Source of the DNA: Candidatus Saccharimonadales bacterium
GTDB taxonomy: Bacteria; Patescibacteriota; Saccharimonadia; Saccharimonadales; UBA10212
Direction: 5' to 3'
DNA length: 64,000 bases
Assembly (NCBI GenBank): GCA_040900055.1
Contig: JBBDZU010000007.1
Location: forward strand, 104,435-168,434
Shown here: positions 9,706-18,733 of the stretch, piece after piece
How positions within the stretch are numbered: the stretch's first letter is position 1
Layout: every line of letters begins with the position of its first letter
Program-made: the position numbers and the translations under genes
Notes under the pieces: model-generated
The model's database searches: none
Told to the model about the DNA's origin: nothing
What the model saw: the letters and a program-made list of their open reading frames with translations, nothing else

Positions 9706-10416
9706 ATGTCAACTAGAGCGGTCTATGTGGACGGAGTTGGGGATATATTACTTACCAAACGCAAAGGTTCCAAAAATGCCCGATTAAGTATCAGGGCCGA
9801 CGGCCGCGTGCGAGTGAACTTGCCCGCCTGGTCGTCATATGCTGCTGGCTTAGCCTTTGCCAAAGCTCATAAGCGCTGGATAATAAGCCATCGCCCTTAC
9901 TTTCAAAGGCCCGTCCTAAAAAACGGTGACCAATTTTATGGTAAGTACCATCTAAAATTTAACTACACCCTAGGGGCTCAAAGAATCACCGCCACGTTAG
10001 GCCCTAGAAGTATTGTTATATCAAGCAGCCTAGCGTATGACCACCCTAGTGTTCAAAATAAAGCTTATCAAAGCTGCGAAAAAGCCCTTAGGGCCGAAGC
10101 CAAAGTTATATTGCCTAAACGCCTAGAACAATTATCTAGGCAGTATGGCTTTAAGTGCCAAGATGTTAAAATCCGCAAACTGACAGCTAGATGGGGAAGC
10201 TGTTCAAAAGATAAAAAAATTACCTTAAGCTATTACTTATTGCAGTTATCTCCCGATCTTCGTGATTACGTTATCTTGCATGAGTTAGTACACACCAAGC
10301 ACTTAAACCATGGTCCGGACTTTTGGCAGCTTTTCCAAAGCATCTATCCCCAAGCAAACCAAAGTAGAAAGCACATCCGGAATTTTAGGCCGCGACTAGC
10401 GCCGCTAACTACTTAA
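9706..10416 (+). CDS. YgjP/DUF45-like zinc metallohydrolase
   Basis: RWGSCS, DYVILHELVH, NHGPDFW. Confidence 0.88.
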   Translation: MSTRAVYVDGVGDILLTKRKGSKNARLSIRADGRVRVNLPAWSSYAAGLAFAKAHKRWIISHRPYFQRPVLKNGDQFYGKYHLKFNYTLGAQRITATLGPRSIVISSSLAYDHPSVQNKAYQSCEKALRAEAKVILPKRLEQLSRQYGFKCQDVKIRKLTARWGSCSKDKKITLSYYLLQLSPDLRDYVILHELVHTKHLNHGPDFWQLFQSIYPQANQSRKHIRNFRPRLAPLTT

Positions 10417-10422
10417 AAACCG

Positions 10423-10451
10423 TTGCAAAAACCGAATTCGTACGCTACTAT
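10423..10451 (+). promoter_or_regulatory. Sigma70-type promoter for secE-nusG-rplK-rplA
   Basis: TTGCAA (10423), 17-nt spacer, TACTAT (10446). Confidence 0.5.
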
Positions 10452-10461
10452 TGACATGTCG

Positions 10462-10488
10462 AAGCCTACTTTAACAAGTAGGTTTTTT
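10462..10488 (+). terminator. Intrinsic terminator-like hairpin
   Basis: AAGCCTACTT-TAAC-AAGTAGGTTT followed by more T. Confidence 0.6.
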
Positions 10489-10500
10489 AAGTGAGGAATA

Positions 10501-10839
10501 ATGGCGACTAATTCGTCGAGTGCTAAAAAACGCATTCGAAAAACCGCACCTTCACCAGATGAGGGTAAATCTAAACACGAAAGGCAAGCAAACAGCCGTT
10601 TGCAGGGGGTTTTACCTCAAGTTATGCTGCCTGTAAGCGTTAAGCGAGTCCTAAATAAGCTAATTCCCAGCTATTTTATTAGGTCTTGGCGTGAAGTCAG
10701 AAAAGTTAGTTGGCCAAATCGTAAAGAAACCTGGCGGCTAACACTGGCGGTATTCATCTTTGCTGTAATCTTTGGGGCTTTAGCCTTCGGCGTCGATAAG
10801 GGCTTAGACATACTTTTTAGAGACCTAGTATTAGAATAA
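10501..10839 (+). CDS. secE: Preprotein translocase SecE
   Basis: EVRKVSWPNRKET plus one TM helix; upstream of nusG. Confidence 0.93.
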   Translation: MATNSSSAKKRIRKTAPSPDEGKSKHERQANSRLQGVLPQVMLPVSVKRVLNKLIPSYFIRSWREVRKVSWPNRKETWRLTLAVFIFAVIFGALAFGVDKGLDILFRDLVLE

Positions 10840-10848
10840 GGAACTTTT

Positions 10849-11391
10849 ATGAACAAACGCTATGACTCCTCTAAACAATGGTATGCCATCCATACTTATA
10901 GCGGCTACGAAGAAAAAGTAGCGGAATCTATTCGCCAGAGGGCCGAATCGTTAGATATGGGCGATAAGATTTTTCAGGTCTTGGTTCCTAAAGAAAAAAT
11001 GATTGAGATTAAAAACGGTAAGCGTCGCGTAGTCGAAAAACGCATCTTTCAAGGTTATGTGTTGGTAGAAATGAAATTATCTGAAGATGCTTGGTACATC
11101 GTGCGAAACACCCCCAATGTAACTGGCTTTGTAGGCACCGGCACTGACCCCACGCCGGTTGAACCCGATGAAATTGCTAAAATTATGAAGCGAATGGGCC
11201 GCGACGAGCCTAAGCACAAGTTCGATTATCGGGTTGGTGAGGTCGTTAATATAATTGATGGACCGTTTAAAGGTTTTGATGGAGCCATTAACGAGATAGA
11301 CGCCCAGAAAGGAAAGCTTAAAGTGCTGGTTAATATGTTTGGCCGCGAAACGCCGGTTGAGCTTGATGGCCTACAGGTAAAGAGGGTTTAA
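10849..11391 (+). CDS. nusG: Transcription factor NusG
   Basis: WYAIHTYSGYE, FQGYVLVEM, VRNTPNVTGF, KOW domain GPFKGF, MFGRETPVEL. Confidence 0.98.
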   Translation: MNKRYDSSKQWYAIHTYSGYEEKVAESIRQRAESLDMGDKIFQVLVPKEKMIEIKNGKRRVVEKRIFQGYVLVEMKLSEDAWYIVRNTPNVTGFVGTGTDPTPVEPDEIAKIMKRMGRDEPKHKFDYRVGEVVNIIDGPFKGFDGAINEIDAQKGKLKVLVNMFGRETPVELDGLQVKRV

Positions 11392-11392
11392 C

Positions 11393-11848
11393 ATGGCCAA
11401 GGAAGTTAAAGCCAATATCAAGATGAAAATCCGGGCTGGGCAGGCCAGTCCAGCGCCGCCAGTGGGCTCCATACTCGGCCAATACGGTGTCAATATGATG
11501 GACTTTATTAATCCCTTTAACGAACAGACCAAAGACCGCATGGGACAGATGGTTACTGTCCATGTAACCATATACGATGACAGGACCATGGTCTGGCGGG
11601 TAGTCGGCACCCCTACTGACGAACTGATTTTATCCGCTCTTAAAGTAGAGAAAGGGTCAGCAGAACCAAACAAGACAAAGCTAGATGAGAAGTTGTCTAG
11701 TTCCCAGCTGAGCGAAATCGCGGAAAGTAAGGCCAGCGATATGAACACAACGGATATCGAATCTGTGAAAAAAATGGTAGCCGGTACAGCCCGCAGCATG
11801 GGTGTAGAAATAGATAAGACGGGAGAAAGTGATAATGCCCACACCTAA
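11393..11848 (+). CDS. rplK: 50S ribosomal protein L11
   Basis: AGQASPAPPVG, GTARSMG. Confidence 0.97.
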   Translation: MAKEVKANIKMKIRAGQASPAPPVGSILGQYGVNMMDFINPFNEQTKDRMGQMVTVHVTIYDDRTMVWRVVGTPTDELILSALKVEKGSAEPNKTKLDEKLSSSQLSEIAESKASDMNTTDIESVKKMVAGTARSMGVEIDKTGESDNAHT

Positions 11849-12740
11849 AAAAGCTGAAGACCAGGCGCTTAAGCAGGCTGAGATTACCGACAAAGTTGCG
11901 CCGGCTGCAAAGAAAGTTGACTCCGCCGCTAAAGCCGGCAAAAGAAGCCCTAAGGCCGTGAGGGAGACTTCGGAAAAATTGGCTAAAAATGCTAAAAAAG
12001 CTCACGCCGGCGAGTCAGATGCTAAAGCAAAAACCGCACACAAACCTCCCCGTAGCCGGCAAGAACGGACCGGTAAAAAATATCGCGAGGTGGCTAAGCA
12101 AGTTGATAAAACTAAAGTCTACAGCCTGGCGGAAGCCGTGGATTTGGCTACTAAAACGAATCCTGTCAAGTTTGACGCTTCAGTAGAAATACATATCAAC
12201 TTAAACGTCGATCCCACGCAAGCCGACCACAATATCCGTGGCAGCCTGAACCTCCCGGCTGGCAGCGGTAAAAAAGTGGTTGTGGCTGTTTTTGTTAACG
12301 ACGAAGACGCTGCCGAGCTTAAAAAGGCCGGCGCTGATTTAGCTGGTGTATCCGAGATCTTGGCCAAGCTAGATAATAAGGAGCTTAGTTTCGATATTTT
12401 GATATCTACCCCCGAACTTATGAGCGTACTTTCCAAATATGCCAGGTTACTGGGCCCAAAAGGACTCATGCCCAATCCCAAAAGCGGAACCGTAACTTCG
12501 GATGTCAAAAAGGCTGTTTCAGAAGCTAAAGCTGGAAGAATAGAATACCGTATTGACCCAAGCGGCATAATCCATATGGCGGTCGGTAAGGTAAGTTTTG
12601 GCCAAGACAAACTGCTTAGCAACGTCGAGGTTGCTATCTCTGCGATTCGTACGTCCAAGCCGGCTAGTCTTAAAGGCCCATACGTCAAATCGGCCTATAT
12701 TAGCACCTCGATGGGACCATCAATCAAAATTACGGTCTAG
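11835..12740 (+). CDS. rplA: 50S ribosomal protein L1 with ~70-aa basic N-terminal extension
   Basis: KFDASVE, LGPKGLMPNPKSGTV, STSMGPS; GGAG 9 nt before ATG 11835. Confidence 0.96.
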   Translation: MPTPKKAEDQALKQAEITDKVAPAAKKVDSAAKAGKRSPKAVRETSEKLAKNAKKAHAGESDAKAKTAHKPPRSRQERTGKKYREVAKQVDKTKVYSLAEAVDLATKTNPVKFDASVEIHINLNVDPTQADHNIRGSLNLPAGSGKKVVVAVFVNDEDAAELKKAGADLAGVSEILAKLDNKELSFDILISTPELMSVLSKYARLLGPKGLMPNPKSGTVTSDVKKAVSEAKAGRIEYRIDPSGIIHMAVGKVSFGQDKLLSNVEVAISAIRTSKPASLKGPYVKSAYISTSMGPSIKITV

Positions 12741-12758
12741 GTGTAAACTAAAGTACAT

Positions 12759-13463
12759 ATGGGAGTTTATAGCAACAAGCAAATCAGAGAGGCGATTAGC
12801 GCAGGTCATATTATTTGCCATCCTTTTAATCCTGCTAACGTGGCCGGTAGTAGTCTTGACGTTACCCTAGGAGAGTGGTTCTACCGCACTGAGCGCACGG
12901 GGCTAAGTGGTTTTTATAATCCTTTTGATAAGCAAGACGTTAATCGTTACTTCGCGGGGCCATATAAAGCAGAAACTCATAGGGTATGGTCCAAAGCTAA
13001 TGGCCGAACCCTTTTTGAAGGTATCCCAGCTAACCAGCCGATAATTGTGGTTAGGCCGGGAGAGAGGTTACTCGGTCATACTCATGAATTTATAGGGATT
13101 AAGGCTCCCGGCACCAGTACTCTGCAGGCTCGAAGTACGTGGGGGCGAAATGGCGTAGCGGTTTGTATAGACGCCGGCTGGGGCGACCCTGGCTACATCA
13201 ACCGCTGGACACTAGAAATCTACAATATGAATCAACACGAAAGTGTGGTCCTTCCCGTTGGCGAACGCATTGCCCAAATGGTTTTTTACGAAACCGGACC
13301 AGTCGACGGTGAATATGTAGGGCTTAGTGGCAAATACCAGCAAGCGACTAGCGCTGATCTAAAGTCCCTCGTCAAAAAGTGGGAACCGGTCCAAATGCTG
13401 CCAAAAGCTTATAAAGACGCTAGAACTAAACCCATAAAAATTGATGGTTTGGGTGGCTCATGA
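12759..13463 (+). CDS. dcd: dCTP deaminase
   Basis: SLDVTLG, ARSTWGRNG, AGWGDPGY, TLEI, RIAQMVF. Confidence 0.9.
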   Translation: MGVYSNKQIREAISAGHIICHPFNPANVAGSSLDVTLGEWFYRTERTGLSGFYNPFDKQDVNRYFAGPYKAETHRVWSKANGRTLFEGIPANQPIIVVRPGERLLGHTHEFIGIKAPGTSTLQARSTWGRNGVAVCIDAGWGDPGYINRWTLEIYNMNQHESVVLPVGERIAQMVFYETGPVDGEYVGLSGKYQQATSADLKSLVKKWEPVQMLPKAYKDARTKPIKIDGLGGS

Positions 13464-15406
13464 CCGGAACTTTCATAGTCCTAGAGGGCTCTGACGGCTC
13501 AGGCAAGACCACTCAATTTAGGCTGCTCCAAGCGCGGTTAAGGGCCCTGGGGTACGATGTCGAGGTTTTTGATTTTCCCCGTTATGACCAAGATTCCAGT
13601 CACTTTATCCGCAAATACTTAAATGGTGATTACGGACGGCCTGCCGATGTTAGCCCTTATAGTGCCTCACTTTTTTATGCGCTTGACAGATTCGAGGCTG
13701 CAGCTGATATCAGAAAAACTCTGTCTGCCGGAAAAATTGTCTTATCGGATCGCTATGTTGGATCGAATATGGCCCATCAAGGTTCAAAAATCGACGCCGC
13801 AGCCCAACTTAGAGGCTATTTTGTCTGGAACGACAATTTGGAGTACAGATTACTGGGCATACCACGTCCAACTATTAGTATTTACCTGAGGGTGCCCGCA
13901 GACATCTCCTATGACTTAATGGCCAAAAGGGCCGTTCGGAGCTACACCGATAAAGTTCGTGATGGCCACGAAGCTGACTTAAACCATCTACAAAAAACCG
14001 TAAAAACTTATGATCTACTTTGTCAGCTATTCCCTAAAGACTATATTGCTATCGACTGTACAGATAATCAAAAAATACTTGGCATAGCCGAGATTAATGA
14101 CCGGATTTGGGAAGTTGTTAAGCCGTTGCTCCCAGCCAGCCGCCCCCATCGACCAAAAAGCCTAACAGTTAATATTAATGAGCCGGTAATGCCAGCGATT
14201 CATGCCAAGAAAACTGCAAAACGTGACGGGCTAACAACAAAGGGCGACAAGGTTCTAATTTTTGAGTCAAGAAATGTCAGTCTGCTGGCTTTAGCTTCCG
14301 TCATTGCTAACCCCGTTAAGCTTGAAATGACGCCATCAAAGGATTACTTTACACCCAGCTCACTACCTGCAAATCTCCAAAAATTCTACAAAGAGAGTCT
14401 GGAGCATCTTTCCAAGCTCCAAAATCAGCTAAGGGCTGGCCTGCACAAACATGACAATACTCCAAACGAACAAATACTAGCCGCAGTTGCTTCTATTAGG
14501 CCCTTGGCGTCACTTTATAACATCCGTATTTTAGCGACCCATCAAGCGGCCGGGGACTTAATTGACGAATTAGCACTAAGCAGCCTTAAAGAGGCTAGAT
14601 GGCTAGGTGATCAACTGGCAGCGGCAGCTAAAAATATGTGGCCAGCCACTCAGGCACTACGAGGCCATACTCCGCCAGAGGCTGTCCGCAAGATTATTGC
14701 CGAAATTTCTAAAAATCACTTACCGCAAAAAATCGACGGCGCTTCAGAGCCAGTCAGACTGCTTCAGGCTTTACCTCGTAATGAATTTGAGATTTTAGCC
14801 GACGGCATCTACCCATTTAGTAATCTATCTAAGAGCGATATCGAAAATGAGCTCGATAGCTGGAGCTACGAACAAAAATCGCAAGCCCTATCGGCGATAG
14901 TAGCCAAACCGACGCTGTCACGAGAGATTTGCTATAGACTCGACGCTATTTGTGACTTTTTGTCATTTCAAACTATGCGCTCAAGCAGTATCGGTTATGA
15001 TTTTAGCCTTCAGCCGCCTACACCGCGGTACGGTTACGATATGCCTAAAATTATTGAAGACGCCGGACTAGAAGATACCTTTATGGAGTGTTTTGATGAG
15101 AGTCTAAAGCTATATAGCACGCTTCAATCCAAAAGCTCCCAAGAAAACGCCAGCTACGCAACGCTTACCGGCCATAAAATTAGGATGCAGTTTAATCTTA
15201 AAGCAGCCGACTTAAGTCAAGCACTGCACAGTGGTAGCCCTAAACCAGACACTTACCTTAAGCTGCTTGAAGAAATTCAGGAAAAAGTCTCTTCTGCCCA
15301 CCCAATAATTTGGGCAAGCTTATCTAAAGGCAAGGAGAACGCCCCCATTTTAGATAAACCTAAGACACGCCGCACTCGCAGCAAAAAAAGGGTTCGACCA
15401 TCTTAA
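13460..15406 (+). CDS. tmk: Thymidylate kinase fused to a degenerate ThyX-like region
   Basis: FIVLEGSDGSGKTTQ, FPRY, LSDRY in the first ~225 aa; C-terminal ~400 aa has PRNEF and TPRYGY resembling tandem ThyX but no RHR motif. Confidence 0.8.
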   Translation: MTGTFIVLEGSDGSGKTTQFRLLQARLRALGYDVEVFDFPRYDQDSSHFIRKYLNGDYGRPADVSPYSASLFYALDRFEAAADIRKTLSAGKIVLSDRYVGSNMAHQGSKIDAAAQLRGYFVWNDNLEYRLLGIPRPTISIYLRVPADISYDLMAKRAVRSYTDKVRDGHEADLNHLQKTVKTYDLLCQLFPKDYIAIDCTDNQKILGIAEINDRIWEVVKPLLPASRPHRPKSLTVNINEPVMPAIHAKKTAKRDGLTTKGDKVLIFESRNVSLLALASVIANPVKLEMTPSKDYFTPSSLPANLQKFYKESLEHLSKLQNQLRAGLHKHDNTPNEQILAAVASIRPLASLYNIRILATHQAAGDLIDELALSSLKEARWLGDQLAAAAKNMWPATQALRGHTPPEAVRKIIAEISKNHLPQKIDGASEPVRLLQALPRNEFEILADGIYPFSNLSKSDIENELDSWSYEQKSQALSAIVAKPTLSREICYRLDAICDFLSFQTMRSSSIGYDFSLQPPTPRYGYDMPKIIEDAGLEDTFMECFDESLKLYSTLQSKSSQENASYATLTGHKIRMQFNLKAADLSQALHSGSPKPDTYLKLLEEIQEKVSSAHPIIWASLSKGKENAPILDKPKTRRTRSKKRVRPS

Positions 15407-15455
15407 ATTAGGAGTCTTGCCAGGGGTAGTCTTGGTATGTTAGATTAATAGAGTG

Positions 15456-15560
15456 AACCAAAGACAGTAGCTTCCGTCGGTTGACGGATTAATTTAGAAA
15501 AGTTAAGGCTACCGAGGTAATCTCTTGAATAGTCTTTGGTATATGCCAAAGATTTTTTAT
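15456..15560 (+). promoter_or_regulatory. L10 leader RNA with terminator (rplJ-rplL autoregulation)
   Basis: AAGACAGTAGC...GCTACCGAGG core typical of L10 leaders; then hairpin TCTTTGGT-ATAT-GCCAAAGA and a T-tract. Confidence 0.8.
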
Positions 15561-15580
15561 TTGGCATTTTTGGAGAAAAA

Positions 15581-16108
15581 ATGGCCCTAGCCAAAGAGAA
15601 GAAAGTCCAAATTGTAGCCGATCTTAAGGAGAGACTAGACTCTTCAAAAATGACTGTATTTGCTCATTACCAAGGCACAGCAGTTTCGGTCTTGGCCGAG
15701 CTTAGACGGAGTGCCGCAGATGAGGGTGTTAGCGTTCGGGTTGTCAAAAATCGGTTGTTCAAAAGAGCTATGGACACCAACCCCCACTTTAAGTCTTTAG
15801 ACAAAGACGTGCTTAGCGGGCAGTTGCTTTATGCCTTTGGTAACGATGAAGTAGCCCCAGCGAAAGTTTTAGCTAGCTTCGCCAAAAGCCAGCCCCAGCT
15901 AAAATTTGCGGGCGCCTTAGCGGCCGAGGGTTATTTTTTATCTGTTGACGATGTTACGGTTTTAGCTAATCTACCGACCAAACAGGAGCTGAGGGCTAAG
16001 CTAGCTTCAACTCTAAAAGCTCCGTTTCGCTCTTTGGCAGTTGTCGCGGGCTCAAGCGGGCGCAACTTACTTAGTGTGTTAAGTTCAAGATCCCAAGCAA
16101 TAAGCTAA
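15581..16108 (+). CDS. rplJ: 50S ribosomal protein L10
   Basis: ELRR, RVVKNRL, LANLPTKQEL; ATG 15581 after GGAG. Confidence 0.95.
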   Translation: MALAKEKKVQIVADLKERLDSSKMTVFAHYQGTAVSVLAELRRSAADEGVSVRVVKNRLFKRAMDTNPHFKSLDKDVLSGQLLYAFGNDEVAPAKVLASFAKSQPQLKFAGALAAEGYFLSVDDVTVLANLPTKQELRAKLASTLKAPFRSLAVVAGSSGRNLLSVLSSRSQAIS

Positions 16109-16123
16109 ATTAAGGAGAATAAG

Positions 16124-16540
16124 ATGGCAGACAACAAAGATACGAAAACCAAAGTCCCTAAAGAGTTCGAAAAGCTAGTGGCCGAGCTAGACAAAATGAC
16201 AGCCCTCCAAATCAGTCAATTTGTTAAGTTATTAGAGGAGCACTGGGGAGTCTCAGCGGCCGCACCGGCAATGGCAATGTCAACGTCGGCTCAAACACCA
16301 GAAGACCAAGCACCCACGTCCGAGGAAAAGAGCCAATTTGACGTTCTACTTAAAGATGCCGGATCCCAAAAAGTAGCCGCTATTAAAGCCGTCAAGGAAG
16401 TGACTGGCTTAGGTTTAGGTGAAGCTAAAGCTCTGGTTGATGGAGCGCCAAAAGTGATTAAAGAAAAAGTTACTAAAGATGAGGCAGAAGAGGCTAAAAA
16501 AGCATTAGAAGCTGCCGGCGCTATAGTCGAATTGACTTGA
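16124..16540 (+). CDS. rplL: 50S ribosomal protein L7/L12
   Basis: [37 protein letters not shown]; AAGGAG RBS. Confidence 0.97.
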   Translation: MADNKDTKTKVPKEFEKLVAELDKMTALQISQFVKLLEEHWGVSAAAPAMAMSTSAQTPEDQAPTSEEKSQFDVLLKDAGSQKVAAIKAVKEVTGLGLGEAKALVDGAPKVIKEKVTKDEAEEAKKALEAAGAIVELT

Positions 16541-16617
16541 GGGTCCTTAGTTCTATTGGCTAAATAACTCAATAATTTATACAGCCAGACGCGTGCAGTA
16601 GCTGGCGAGTAAAATAT

Positions 16618-16626
16618 TTATCCACA
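16618..16626 (+). promoter_or_regulatory. Perfect DnaA box
   Basis: TTATCCACA in the rplL-downstream intergenic region. Confidence 0.35.
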
Positions 16627-16727
16627 AGTTAGGGGTGAGCGTTTTGACTCACGACTTAAACTATGGTAATTTTGGGATGAAAGACCTACAAACAAATACC
16701 AGATGAGGCTGGGGAAATTAAAAATAA

Positions 16728-17240
16728 ATGGCAGACATACCCGAAAAACAAATCAAGCGCCTGCGCACTTTGATAGCTGAGGCTGAAACAGCATTGGCAG
16801 CCACTAAGGAGCTGCTTATATCCTTGGTGGGAGAAGATTCGGTATTAGTCGAAAAAGTTAAGGATAAGTCACTGGGCAAAGTAATCGAAGGTGTTTTTGA
16901 CGGGCAAGCAATGGTTGGCAGCGATGGAAAAACCTATCCAGTACCCGCTAATTATGCTTCAAAGTCCAAATTAGTCCAGGGTGATATTTTGAAGCTAACC
17001 ATCGCCGACGACGGAGCCTTTATGTATAAGCAGATTGGCCCTATTCCTAGACGCCAGGTGGTAGGAGTGCTTAAGCAAAAAGATGGTCACTATTTTGTTG
17101 ATATAGACGGCAAGGAATACAGGGTTTTGTTGGCGTCGGTAACTTATTTTAAAGCCAAACCAGGCGACCAGGTTAGTGTTAACCTGCCAGAAGACACAAC
17201 TGTAGACGCCGAATGGGCCGCGCTTGAGGCGGCTCTTTAG
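16728..17240 (+). CDS. Hypothetical protein (coiled coil plus two beta-rich repeats)
   Basis: IEGVFDG..M...DGK.YPVPANYASKSKLV.GD followed by a similar DGKEYRVL.ASV...GD unit. Confidence 0.8.
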   Translation: MADIPEKQIKRLRTLIAEAETALAATKELLISLVGEDSVLVEKVKDKSLGKVIEGVFDGQAMVGSDGKTYPVPANYASKSKLVQGDILKLTIADDGAFMYKQIGPIPRRQVVGVLKQKDGHYFVDIDGKEYRVLLASVTYFKAKPGDQVSVNLPEDTTVDAEWAALEAAL

Positions 17241-17309
17241 ATTCTTATTCGCTTTTAACCCTAAAACGAGGCAACTTATCGGTGCTAAAAAGCGTATAAT
17301 GATTTTGAT

Positions 17310-18725
17310 ATGAGGCAGGCTCTTTATAGAAAATACCGCTCAAAGAGTTTTGATGAAGTGGTTGGTCAAGAGCACATTACTGAAACTCTAAAAAATGCCT
17401 TATCGGCAGGTAAGCTCAGCCACGCCTACTTGTTTAGTGGTCCCAGGGGGGTGGGCAAAACTTCAGTTGCTAGGATTTTAGCCCACGAGGCCAACCAGTT
17501 CCCCTACAAGGACGAGACCGTTCATTTAGACATTATAGAAATTGACGCTGCGAGTAACCGGCGGATTGATGAGATTAGAGACCTTAGGGAAAAAGTCCAC
17601 ATGGCGCCAACGACCGGTAGGTATAAGGTTTATATAATTGATGAAGTCCATATGCTTACTAAAGAGGCTTTTAACGCCCTCTTAAAAACTCTAGAGGAGC
17701 CACCAAGCCACTGTTTATTCGTTTTAGCTACTACCGAAGCCCACAAACTACCCGAAACTATTATCAGCCGAACCCAGCGGTTTGAATTTAAGCAGGTTCC
17801 AGCTGACCAAATTGCCGCTCATCTTAAAAAAATCGCTAAACGTGAGAAGATCGATATATCTGATGAAGCTTTAATTTTGCTGGCAGAACATAGCGGGGGA
17901 AGTTTTCGTGACAGCATCGGCTTATTAGACCAATTAAGTTCGGCTTACAGCAAAATTTCTGAAAGTGGAGCGCGTCAAACACTAGGACTTCCGCCGCAAG
18001 AAGCTATAAATAACTTAATTAGCTTAATCACCGATGGTGATGCTCTAAGATCACTCTCGTCCCTTACACAGTTGCAAGAACAGGGCATTAACGCTGTCGC
18101 AATCTCTAAAATGCTTGGTTCAAAACTTAGACAGCAAGCCACAACTCACCCCTTAGAAGCTTGGATTTTGCCCTTTTTAAAGCAGCTACTGGCAGTAACT
18201 GCTCATCCCAAGCCCTATGACTACCTAGAAATAGCTATTTTAGAAGCGGCCAGTCAAAATCTGCAAAGCCCAAGTAATGACCCGGTTTCCTTAGCTACAG
18301 TAGACGAGTACGAAAAGTTGTCTAAGCCGGCCAAGGTCGATAAGCCGCGGCAACCAGCCAGCCCTAAAGCCGGCAGCTTTACGGAGAATGACTGGGGAGA
18401 GATTTTAGAGGTGGTAAAAACTAAGGCGACCGCTCTGTATAGAGCTCTTCGCCTGGCTATTCCAAGAATGGAAGCTAACACTCTCACCCTCTATTTCCAG
18501 TTTCCTTTGCATCAAAAAAAGGCTAATCAGCTAAAGCAGCGAGAATTGATAGGACGACTTATTGAAGAAAAATATAGCGTTAAGCTAGAGGTTAAGTGTG
18601 CGATTGATAAGGACTTATTCGAATCGCCATCAGACGCAGATGTGGCTGGGCTGGTCCCAGATGATGAAGCGTCGCTTAATACCATTAGCAATATCTTCGG
18701 TCATACCGAGGTGTTAGAATCATAA
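17310..18725 (+). CDS. dnaX: DNA polymerase III subunit gamma/tau
   Basis: ALYRKYR, GPRGVGKTS, EIDAAS, IIDEVHML, NALLKTLEEPP, TIISR. Confidence 0.97.
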   Translation: MRQALYRKYRSKSFDEVVGQEHITETLKNALSAGKLSHAYLFSGPRGVGKTSVARILAHEANQFPYKDETVHLDIIEIDAASNRRIDEIRDLREKVHMAPTTGRYKVYIIDEVHMLTKEAFNALLKTLEEPPSHCLFVLATTEAHKLPETIISRTQRFEFKQVPADQIAAHLKKIAKREKIDISDEALILLAEHSGGSFRDSIGLLDQLSSAYSKISESGARQTLGLPPQEAINNLISLITDGDALRSLSSLTQLQEQGINAVAISKMLGSKLRQQATTHPLEAWILPFLKQLLAVTAHPKPYDYLEIAILEAASQNLQSPSNDPVSLATVDEYEKLSKPAKVDKPRQPASPKAGSFTENDWGEILEVVKTKATALYRALRLAIPRMEANTLTLYFQFPLHQKKANQLKQRELIGRLIEEKYSVKLEVKCAIDKDLFESPSDADVAGLVPDDEASLNTISNIFGHTEVLES

Positions 18726-18733
18726 AACAAAAG

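Noticed and set aside
11371-12688. Long antisense ORFs (157 and 189 aa) opposite rplK/rplA, and similar shadow ORFs elsewhere
   Set aside because: Shadows of conserved sense genes, with no RBS or recognisable motif.
16541-16727. Replication origin
   Set aside because: Only one perfect DnaA box, no dnaA/dnaN nearby and no switch in gene-strand bias.
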